A stretch of DNA of 64,000 nucleotides, from contig CM039002.1 of assembly GCA_017499595.2 (NCBI GenBank), positions 3,100,001 through 3,164,000 on the forward strand, in the 5' to 3' direction. Below the pieces are notes generated by a model. The model worked only from the letters and a program-made list of their open reading frames with translations, was not told the origin of the DNA and did not search any database. This document shows, in pieces, positions 53,640 to 64,000 of the stretch (positions are counted from its first letter, which is position 1; each line of letters starts with the position of its first letter). A program made the translations under genes and the position numbers. This DNA is from Psilocybe cubensis (Eukaryota).

Positions 53640-53900
53640 CAATACATGGGATCGGTAGCCATACGAGTTTACATTCACTGAGACTGAAATACGAATTAGT
53701 GGGACAAATGAATGTCCCAAAAGTTACGGAATATCAAAGAACTCACTTCTACATCACGAATCACCAAGAGGCAAATTCATCCATCTCCCCACCCGACGCT
53801 GCGCTTCTGTTGACACAAGATACAGGATTTTTCGGATTTGTCGTATGCATAGAAGGAGCGAATGAGCTAGAAATGATGTTACTGCATTGGATTTTACTCA
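53640..53900 (-). pseudogene. Orphan 3' fragment of a copy-C-like DUF6534 gene carried along by the tandem duplication
   Basis: 53640-53900 aligns by eye with 56765-57020 (e.g. ATGAGCTAGAAATGATGTT and ATCTCCCCACC..GCGCTTCTG.TGACA) but lacks the upstream exons. Confidence 0.7.
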
Positions 53901-54241
53901 ACATGCCTCATGACTCACGCGCAATTGATCATTGTATCTATCCTGGTAATGCAATAGGATCGTCATCGGGAAGCAGCAGCGCAGCCATTACCGTTTAAAA
54001 AGCAGGGAGTGTTAGCAAAATACCACTGAGTTGAAGGCAAAAGGACACATTTCAATGGAGTTGAAGTTTGACGTCTCGGTGCACTACCTCGGAGGGTGCC
54101 CAAGACACGATTCATTTGAACACTCACGTGGTTTATTTTCTCACAGACGCGATCGGAGCAAACGTTCACATGCGCATGCGATGCGACGCGTTGCACAAAA
54201 TCCCAAATTTTTATATTGAAGTAGACTAATTTAAACATAAA

Positions 54242-56238
54242 TCACTGGTAATCATGTGGGTTCATGCTGACTGCTGTTGCAATTAGGCGGTTCAGGTCAG
54301 GTTCATCGGGAAACGTTCAAAATTCTATGAAATCAACTTGAAAAAATACCCACTTTTCTGAAGCTCCACATCATGAACCTTTGTGTTTGACATAGACCTC
54401 TCTGTATTATTTGCTGCAGAGCTTCCAATGTTAAACACACCAAAGCTAGAAGGATTTGATGAAAAGGATGCGCTTGAAACGATGTTGTGATTTTGATGCG
54501 CATCTGTTGGCCTTCGGGAGTTGAATGTTGCCAGGAGGGAGTTGCCATACACTGCATATTTATTTGTCAAAATAGATAGATAGAATTTGTTATCTACACA
54601 CTCACAACTTGATAGTATCTGAGAAAAGGCAAAAAATAAAAAATCTTTTGGATGAGTGATGACCTGTTGGAGTAATGAAGTCGATACAAGGAATTAAATC
54701 GTCAAAATCACCGCAACGTACCAGCACTAAAGTAACCAGATCCATTACGCTGGATGCATTTATTCAACGCCTGTCCAATAGTCTTTTGGCTATGATGTGA
54801 GCTCACCTTGTCAGAATACCATTGTTGATGGTATACTTGATGAGGCGATTTATCAATTTGTCAGTCCTAAGGTGGCGATGCGTTAGAAGCGTAAAATAAC
54901 ATAAATTATTTAGCTTGTGCATACTGTTTGAACCCTGTTTTCCTCTTATGGAGATGATAGCTAAGGGTATAGGCAATTGTGATGTCAATTGCTGCGGCCA
55001 ATGATAAGATCGCTTTTCCTAATGTCTGTTCCGTGATGTTATTTTCTGATGAGTACTACATCAAAGAAACAGAGGAAACTATCACCTACCTCTGGGAGCC
55101 CTGGAATCTGCTCCACGGAGCTCACGCGAAACCTAGGTATTTTGGTAAGCTACAGGATCACTTTATGGATGATTATGGGACCTACATCATGGCAACCAGG
55201 ACTTACGATGTACAGATGGACATCAGTCAAATGTTCGAATCACTTGTGCACGACTTACCCCAGCCTAAACCTATAATTTTTCGTTAATTAACCTTTTTAT
55301 TCACTGGGGAGAAGAATTAATTCTCACTGAAATGAATAAAAGCAAAGATCACCTATCACTCAACGCTTAACATTTTCTCTGTACAAATACTAGCATGTAA
55401 CTGGTTTGCTCACAATGGCAATCGGTATAAGCAGCTTTCGACCACTGACTACATGTTGGACTTGTGGGTCTTTTCAAACTCGGAAAAATGAGGTGAACCA
55501 ACCGTAATAAATTCGAAAGGCATAAGAGAGATGGACAATAAGAATATTGGCTACCTACTCGTTTATGAGCTCACGCAATGGCACTTCATGTGAATTGCTT
55601 ACAATGATTCCATAGGAAAGCTGTATTTTGAATGCTTGTTAGAACAAAGGAGGAATATTTGGCTGCATGTACCATGCGTACATCAATGGACCTAAAATCC
55701 TGACTCAGAAGACAATTGCAGAGACAGATTTCGATGAAACATACCAGACAGTTTTCAACAGAGCAAGCGGGTTGAAATAATTGATGATAAGATAATGGTT
55801 TAGAGAATGGATGCCTAGCACCACAAAGAACGTTTCAAGGACGCTGTTGATGAAACGATTGAGCGTCTATACCCAATCAGAGAATAATCAAAGTTACACG
55901 AGTGAAATGACCTATGACGGAGGACACATATCATCAGATTTGTTAGACAAGGTTCCTTGATGGGCTAGCTCACCGTGCTTTGAATCAAGCGTCCATCCGA
56001 GTATGTCATGAAGTAGAAGTATGCCTGACAATGTTGAACATAAACAAGACCGACTTCTTCTGAGATTGAAGAACAGCATACCTGTAGGTATACACCTCCC
56101 AAGAGTCTATGATTTTTGAGTTAGTAATAGGCAACGTAGCGAGAGCGTGCATAGATATTACATGGCGGAAACAACAGTCCCAACTAGTAAGGCGCCGAAG
56201 GTATTGTTGAGGTTTATTAAGTCAGAGAAGCGAGTCAT
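54242..56238 (-). CDS. DUF6534-like multi-pass membrane protein, tandem copy B
   Basis: MTRFSDLINLNNTFGALLVGTVVSA, DKLINRLIKYTINNGILT, VYGNSLLATFNSR, terminal exon TVSMNPHDYQ*. Confidence 0.75.
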
Positions 56239-56775
56239 GGTTAATAACTCAGGATAGAAAGCCGCCCTATTAAATGCACGTAACTGTCTTATCTTTATAG
56301 CGCTAGAAATCGCAGTGAGTAGGGTTCGTACAATCATTAGCGAGATTGACAGAGTGTGAAAGTTGACGCTCATAGGCTCATTCAATTCTCCACTTTGTTG
56401 GCGTGGCTTCTGAAAGTAATGATCACAACAGTGGTCATCTGCCATGATTCAGGTCTTCGCTGTCTTGTCTCTACCACTCACGGACTGAGCGTTTGACGGG
56501 CTGTGAGACGATGAAGAAACATTTGGCTCAGAATCGTGGCATTTATCCTCATTACTCAGACTCGGACCTACAGTACACATAACGTTCTGCGATAGGCGCC
56601 GCTGAGGCCTAACTGTTTTAACAATCTTCGGTTTCTATGCCGTGGAAAGTAATCCAACACTGAACAAGTGATGTTTCAGCCTATGCGGTGGAGCGCATGT
56701 CACATCGAAGTTAAACTTCGTTTTTCCCATCGCAAAGAATAAGTAGCCTCGTAAGATTGCCACACACATTACATG

Positions 56776-58745
56776 TCATTGGTAGTCATGCGAATTCACA
56801 TTCACTAAGAATGAAATACGGAGTATTAGTGGGACGGATGGGAGTCCCAAAATTATGAATTAACGAAGTACTCACTTTTTCCAAGCTCTATATCGTGGCT
56901 CCGAGAGGCAAATACATCTATCTCCCCACCTGATGCAGCGCTTCTGCTGACATAAAACACGGGATTTGTTGTATGCGTAGAAGGAGAAAATGAGCTAGAA
57001 ATGATGTTGCTGCGTTGAATCTTTTTTGCTTGTCGTCGCGAATTGAAAGTTGCCAGCAGAGAGTTGCAATACACTAGCGGGGCGGTTAGAGCAGCTCATT
57101 AACAAATTGGTATTCGAGATCTTACGACCGGATAGTATTTGAGTGAAGGTGAAGAATAGAAAGTTTCTTGGACGAGCAATGATCTGGTGCGGTCATAAAA
57201 TGTGAATTGATGTCTTACGGAAGCGATTGGAGCTTACCAAAGCCAGAGTAATTAAATCCACAGCGCTTCAGCAGTATTTCGCCATTTAAGTTTCCAATCG
57301 ATAAGATTCAGTAGGTAGATGCTCACCTAGTTAATATACCATTGTTAATGGTGTATTTTATGAGACGGTTGATCATCTTATCCGTCCTAGTAATGCACTG
57401 AGATTTTCATCAGGGAAAGAAGCCGCGAGAATCGTTACCGTCTGGATCCAGTTCGCTTTTTGTGAAGGTAATAACTAAGCGTCAGAGCAATTGTGATGTC
57501 AATTGCCGCAGCTGATGATAGGATAGCTTTCCCGATTTTCTTCGAAATGAGTGTCGTGTCGCTTAATACCATATATATAACAGATCATCGCGGGGGTAAT
57601 ATTTACCTCTGGGAGTCCTGTAATCTTTTGCAAGTCGGGGACGCGAAAGCTAGCCATTTTGGTTAGATGATGTCTCAATCTTTACCTCCAACTTTTAGAC
57701 TCACAGGTCGGCTACTAAAACTTTACGTACAATCAACACATGTCACGACAGAGCTCGAATTTGGGACTTACTCCAACCTAGACCTACCCGCATCCAGAGA
57801 TTAAAATACTCTACGATAAAATTAAAGGATCTCACTGAAATGGCCGAGAGCGATGATGACCTAAAAACGCGCACAGTCACTGATTTAGGCCAGCATACAG
57901 TTAGAATGCCTACTCACAAGTACAAGTGGTAAAACAATTCTGTTATCGCTTACTTTGAACAAGTGAGTCGCTCGTTTGTCGTCCAAAATGTTAAGGAGAC
58001 TTACGGAGATATATACGGTAGGCATAGGAAAGATGGACAATCAGAACAGTAACGCCCTGTTCACTCCACATTATATGAATGTAACATATGTGTGAAAAAG
58101 AGGATACGTGCTATACACCCGAAGGAAATCTACGTAAAAGGTCGTCAGAAGGGCTCTTCGTACAGAGGAGATGAAAAATTCATACATCAATTGACCTTTA
58201 CCCCCGTGACGATCATACATCAGTACGGGAGCAGGAAGGCCATCGTGAAGCATACCAGACGCTGTTTTCCAAGGCAAAGGGGTTGAAATAGTTGACCACA
58301 AGATAGTGGTTCACAGCGTGAACATTGAGGGCAATATACAATGTTTCCAAGGCACTACCTACGAGTTTCAGTGTCCGCAATCAACGGATAGATCGGTAAT
58401 ACGCACACAAGCGACAAAACCTTTAAAATGAAGTGGTTCCAGTACAGTTCGGAAAAAGGCTTGGTCTACTAACCGTTATTCGAAGCAAAATCCCGTCGGT
58501 GTATGTCACAAAGTAGTAGTAGGCCTGGAAATTGGAAGAGAAACACACAAAAGATGTCGTCAGATATTGAAATGGACGACGAGTGACGCACCTGTAAGTA
58601 AACACCGCCCAAAAGCCTGTAATAGATTCAGCATTTTGAGACTGTAAACCGGTACAGCTTAATCATACACGGCGGTCACAACAGTTCCAATCATCAGAAC
58701 CCCAAAGGTGTCATTAAGATTCACTATCTGAGAGACCAGGGACAT
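56776..58745 (-). CDS. DUF6534-like multi-pass membrane protein, tandem copy C (more diverged)
   Basis: MSLVSQIVNLNDTFGVLMIGTVVTA, AYYYFVTYTDG, YCNSLLATFNSR, terminal exon MNVNSHDYQ*. Intron positions match copies A and B where checked. Confidence 0.75.
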
Positions 58746-59823
58746 GGCGATGATGAAGGGAAAAGGTAAAAGCGATACCATCTTTAAGAAAAGATATATG
58801 TACTTATCGAAACATTCCTAGACCCAAAAACAGATTTGATGCACCGCGATTCAACGAAGGACGACAACATTGACAGGTTTGATCAAAAGTAGGCTTTTTT
58901 TGCAGCCATCTGCATGGCCGCTATGTCTTGATTGTCGCTCCCGGGCCAATGACAGACTGCGCTCTTTATGATGGGGAAGAGAGAGCGATATAAGGAATTT
59001 CTGTTAAGCACATGAATAAAACCCCGTGCATTGCTCCCGTCGATGTGATAAATTGGAGCCATACCTTGGTCCGGACAACATAGGTTAGTCTCTGGCCAAC
59101 TATCTTTATCTTCGCTCCTTGGAGACCGTAAAAGATGTATCAAATTGGACCCAGTTTGTTGAAGAACAAGTGATACCTTTGTATCCCACCGCAATACACG
59201 CTATTAGACTATTTCAGAGAGCATTTCCTATACAGGTAATTAATAGTGTAGAAAAGTAATGCTCACTCATGCGTTACGGTAGCACTATTGCTTGTTGCAC
59301 GATGATACACCGAATCAAAAGAAAAAGAAAAATGCCTGACTGTGGTTGATAAATTTAAGCTCAGCTATGATCTCCGGTTTGACATTGCATTTGCATTGAA
59401 ATTCCAAGTCGGCCAACCGTGCAGCATGTCTTTATTTTGACCTTTCAGATTTGAATCATTTTAAAGGATATGTAAAGTATACGTGTAGTTAAAAGCTACA
59501 ACAAATGCAGACTTTACATTGAACCGAAGGCGTAAGCTTTCTGAAGGTACTACTTGCTTACGTAAAATGGCATGGACGATGGTGGCAACGTTTTCAGAAC
59601 ACACTACTTATACGACTACAACGTTCAAAATCTGTAATATTCAAGGAGTCGGCTTTGCTCGGAAAGGGGGGGCATTGCAATCACTTTCATTTCTGCCTTT
59701 AATCTTTCCTTCTAGTGCTAGACTATAAGCACAGTTACAAGTCCTGACGCGGTCCCAACATCGAATAGTCATCACCAGTGGATTCTGGACACGCAGAAAT
59801 AATCGATTCGGGAGGTGGTGATT

Positions 59824-62800
59824 ATGTCGACCCCAACGACCCAGAAACAGACACCCGTCCATCTGCATCCACTATCACCTGAAGAGGTTCCCTCCAAAGG
59901 ACGGCGGATTCGCGGGCAGCAAACTGAAGTTCGACCGGGATCAACATATCATAGTCTGAAGGCACAATTAGAACAAGACCAGTCTGAATCGCCAAACTGG
60001 GATGGGAGCGTTCGAGGATATGGACAAGGAAAGACGGAAGGGCGGAACATTCCAGAGGGTAGCTGGCGGAAGACAGACAAGTTGCCCCCACTGTTCGTCG
60101 TCGGATCTCCTCACGATACTCATAGCCCCGAAGTCGTCATAACGACCGAATCAGAGCTTCAAGGCGTCGACTCTGCGATCTCAAACCACATTCTCGCGAC
60201 TAAGTGGCATACGTATTCTGACGAAGCTATTCAAGCCACAATTTCCAAGCTTAGTGCTGCAGACTCGCCAGCAGATGCATCGAACCATCCATACCATACA
60301 ACTCTGCGTGTATTATCTTCCGCGGTATACAACCTGTCGCGGGCTAGGTTGGAGCTGGAGGAGGCCAGGAGGACACTTCAAGACAAGGAAATTGCCAAAA
60401 GAAAACGAGCTGACGAATTGCTGAAGGAACTCAAACCTTCTGAGCAGGAGGTCGCGCGACGCGTCGTACAACTGTTATTCACTGACGACGATGAAAGTGA
60501 GCATCGCGTACATAGAAAGCAAAGTGTCATGGTAAGTGATTCGTTAATTTTTGTACAATTTGACTTGATAATGTCTGCAGTCGCTGTCAGAATCTCTCGC
60601 AGAAGCTGTTGCTGACGAGGTATCAATGTCGCGTAGCCCACCTGAAGCTCCACACCCACTCACTCCAATGTCTGAAGAGACACCTGCAATGCTTGAAGCC
60701 AGTGTAGTTGAAGAACGCGTTGAACCGGAATCATCCCGTGAGGATGATACATCTGGAGAACCCACGTTAGTACCACAGAAATTGCGACAAGAGCGTCCTT
60801 CAATTGGAGATTGGATGGGTACTTGGTGGGGTAAGAAAGGCGAACGTCCTCCTGGTGACAAGGATCCCCCGTTAGAAGTGCCCCCCAAAAAGCAAACGCG
60901 GCGAAGATCTGCCAGGAGTGTATTCGGCACTCTTGGAATATCAATGTTGAACCCTCCACCCCTTTCATCCTCCAAGAAACAGCCCACTTTGATAGTGAAC
61001 GACACATCAGATGCAGCTTCTATTCACTCGAACAAGTCAGCCAAATCCTCACATACAAACATTGGGTCTTCGGTATCTGCAGCTGCCTCAGCCATTTCCT
61101 CTCCAATACAAACCTCTTTTGCACCTTCTCCTGCTGCACCATTGATATCCACGGTGTTCGAAAGTCTTATTTCTACACAAACCTTGTCGAAGGATCCTTC
61201 GTTACAGAGCAATGATTCACCTGCCATCCTTTCGCAGGGATCCTCGCTTCGAGCGATCGCCAATGCTACCCGAGTCATGAGTTCCGATCCCAATAGCATC
61301 CTCGCCGACCAGGGAAGGGAAACGAGTCCTTTGATAGCGAGACTCGCCATGGAACTTGTCAGGAACGCACGCGACGAAGGAATCACATTTCGGGAACGCC
61401 CCAAAGATCGGAAAGAGTTCAAATCTGATCAGGCTACTACCGACGGCGCTGAGCGATCTGGCGCAGTTGGTACCATGTCACCTAATCTGGGGTCTACGGA
61501 TGCAACCATGAGCCTCAATCGCACCCTGGCTGGCACACATTCAGACACAAAGAAGACTAAGCCATCAAGGACTGCTAGCCTTATTCCGGCCACGACGCCT
61601 TTTGCTTCCCCTCTCTTCGGTTCATTCATGGGTCAGCAATCTAAGAAACCTTCCAACCTTCACGATAAAGGTTATTCAAACGAACAATCTTCATCCCCTG
61701 GACAAAGGATCGGTAGCAATGTGCTGCCATCAAATGCTGCCCCTATAAGGAAGAAGCCGGCGTCGGTTCCACTAGAGTCCATTATCCCAGCAACATCCAA
61801 ACCTCCTACACAATATCTCTCACGGACATATACTCCCTTGACAGCTCGCGATTTCCGATTCACCATTCCTTTACCCCAGTCGGCATCGCGGTATACTGTT
61901 TATCATGATGACAAGAACAAACGACCGTTGACCGACCAATATGGGTTCATGTACGACGTATCACAGTACGATCTCCTTTTGCTCATTCGTGCTAGGGAAT
62001 GTGGAAACACCGCGCCTGCTTGTTTGACGGGTGTCAAGATCGCAGACCGCGAAGAAGACAACAGCTGGCCGGACGACGAAGAGGATGATCAAGGCGAAGC
62101 GAAGGACACCATTGACATTGTGAAAGGGAGCTGCCCCTGCAATGGCGAGCTGGACGTTCCAAACAGCAGCAAATCCGACAGATTGTCGCAGGCCACACCG
62201 GGCGATTCCAATTCTGTCAGCATCAAATCTCGCTCGTCGTCAAAGAGCCGACGGCGTTCATCTGTTGTCCCGTCTGGCGCGGCCATTTCAAATATGGGGA
62301 CGGCGATGGCATCCGTGCTATCGGTCAATCCTGACACACCGCGCCACGCTTGCGCGAACACCATGCGGCACTTGCTCAACCAGCTAACTGAGATACATGA
62401 TCAGAAACAAGCCGCGCAGCGCAAGGAGTGGGACGCGTTCGTGAAGCAGAGGAGCAAAGTCAAGCACCTCAAAGCCAATAACAACGCTGCGTTATCCTCA
62501 TCTGTGGCTGCTGGTGCTGGAGCGGCTGCGGCGATTCTGGGGCTGGGTACAGCGATTGAAGAGGATGAACTGGTGCATAGTGAAGGGCTCATTGGATTCG
62601 CGCAGTTGGGTTTGTCTTCGAACAAGGATGAAAGAAAAGAATTTGATCGGCTTGTACGGACCGGTATTCCGTTGGTGTATCGCTCCAAGGTCTGGATGGA
62701 ATGTAGTGGTGCTTTGGAGATGAGAGAACCTGGCTTATTCCAGGACCTTCTTGCGGAAGCCGATGGCCCCGACAGCGTGGTGGGCGAGATTGAGAAGGAT

Positions 62801-63641
62801 GTGGGGCGTACCATGCCGCTCAATATATTCTTTGGAGGGGATGGTGCAGGAGTTGATAAACTACGTCGAGTGCTGATTGCTTATAGTCGGTCTGTAATTT
62901 TTTTTCTTTTTTCCGAGTGACATGAACTGACTGGTATTTATTTAGGCGGAATCCCTCCGTTGGATACTGTCAGGGCATGAATCTTATCACGTCAACCCTT
63001 CTGCTTGTTCATGCAGATGAAGAGGAGGCGTTTTGGATGCTGACCGCCATTGTTGAACGAATCCTGCCGGAAGACTTCTTTTCACCATCTCTCCTTCCGT
63101 CTCGGGCATGTCCTCTTGTACTACTTGACTATGTCCAAGAATACACCCCGAAACTACATGCTCATCTGAATGACCTTGGGGTCGATCTCGCAGCAATCTG
63201 TTTCTCATGGTTCCTTTCCCTCTTTACCGACTGCTTGCCTGTCGAGGTACGCTCTTCACTTCTAGTGCTACTTTATCTTACACATTTAACCTCCCTTTTA
63301 TTTAGACTTTGTTCAGAGTTTGGGATGTGTTCCTTGTAGACGGTCCGGATGTTCTCTTCCGCGTCGCACTTGGCATTCTGCGAAATAATGAGGGCGAGCT
63401 TCTTCGTTGCGAATCCATTCCTGCGGTATATGTTGCATTAGAAAATTTACCTACCAGGATGTGGGAAGCAGATAAACTTCTTCAGGTATCGAATGTCTTT
63501 TCTGCATTTTATATCTCCTTTTTTGTACTCAATCAATCGTGTTTTCAGTTGGAATATGACCTCCGACCGTCATTACTTCATGCACAGATCCTCAGTAAAC
63601 GAGAGGCACATGTGGCAGCACTGAAGAAGCTCATATCATAA
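59824..63641 (+). CDS. Rab GTPase-activating protein, TBC domain (GYP family)
   Basis: LVRTGIPLVYRSKVWMECSG, IEKDVGRT (Arg finger), LRRVLIAYS, GYCQGMN (Gln finger), EEEAFW, SWFLSLF and RVWDVFL. Four introns. ATG 59824, TAA 63641. Confidence 0.93.
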
Positions 63642-64000
63642 AATGTCAGTGATCATGCTAAATTATCATTTTGTACGGTTAATCGCTATTGTTACGGTAT
63701 AATTGTAGTGATTGTGTAATTAAAATATAATAAGAGGTGGGACTTATATTCTCACCAGATGTATGTGATATCTGACCCGAGATAGCAGGAACTATCATCA
63801 GTTAGTGTTTAGGTCAAAATCTACTCAAGGTACCGAGGTAAACTAGCTGTCGCGCCTTGCGACAACTTCGTCCAAACTGGAACTCTAGCTCCGCGCATGA
63901 TTATCAAATTACATCACAGGTGACCGAAGTATCTCTGCCGCTATAGTCTTCTGAGCAAGTATCACACTTCGGTTGAGCTGGTCACAGAACCCTTGACCGT

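Larger units (their letters stand above)
50925..57020. repeat. ~3 kb tandem segmental duplication (about 50925-53900 vs 54040-57020)
   Basis: Coding, intronic and flanking sequence is collinear. GAACACTCACGTGGTTTATTTTCTCAC is at 50977 and 54118; GCGATAGGCGCC is at about 53465 and 56589. Confidence 0.85.

Noticed and set aside
39941-58745. Mating-type B locus (STE3 pheromone receptors plus CAAX pheromones)
   Set aside because: The membrane proteins carry DUF6533/DUF6534-type motifs rather than STE3 motifs, and no small CAAX-ending precursor was seen.
1-64000. Secondary-metabolite or RiPP cluster (PKS, NRPS, terpene synthase, MSDIN-type), tRNA, rRNA, CRISPR array, intact transposase
   Set aside because: No backbone enzyme, leader peptide, cloverleaf, spaced repeat array or DDE/RT ORF was recognised by eye. 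Small RNAs could have been missed without tRNAscan-SE or Infernal.

Overview
Intron-rich eukaryotic DNA, almost certainly from an Agaricomycete (mushroom-forming basidiomycete), judged from short GT-AG introns, CTAAC/CTGAC branch points and the gene families present. The supplied ORF track mostly shows exon fragments, so gene models were assembled by reading splice sites by eye, and internal exon boundaries are approximate. The left part (about 4-39 kb) is a housekeeping block: PTPA/RRD, KU70, monothiol glutaredoxin GRX3/4, an ankyrin+MYND protein, a Maf pyrophosphatase, HUS1, mitochondrial uL30m, an arrestin-domain protein, COA6 and a BTB protein. It is interspersed with a ~0.6 kb TIR element (candidate MITE), a decayed COA6 duplicate and pseudogene relics. 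From 40 to 59 kb lies an accessory island of six minus-strand orphan multi-pass membrane genes (two DUF6533-like, four DUF6534-like, three of them in a tandem array with a readable ~3 kb duplication). Inside it is a secreted GMC oxidoreductase (AA3_2-type, His/His) fused to a C-terminal CBM1 cellulose-binding module. A Rab-GAP TBC gene closes the window. No tRNA, rRNA, CRISPR array or intact transposase was recognised.
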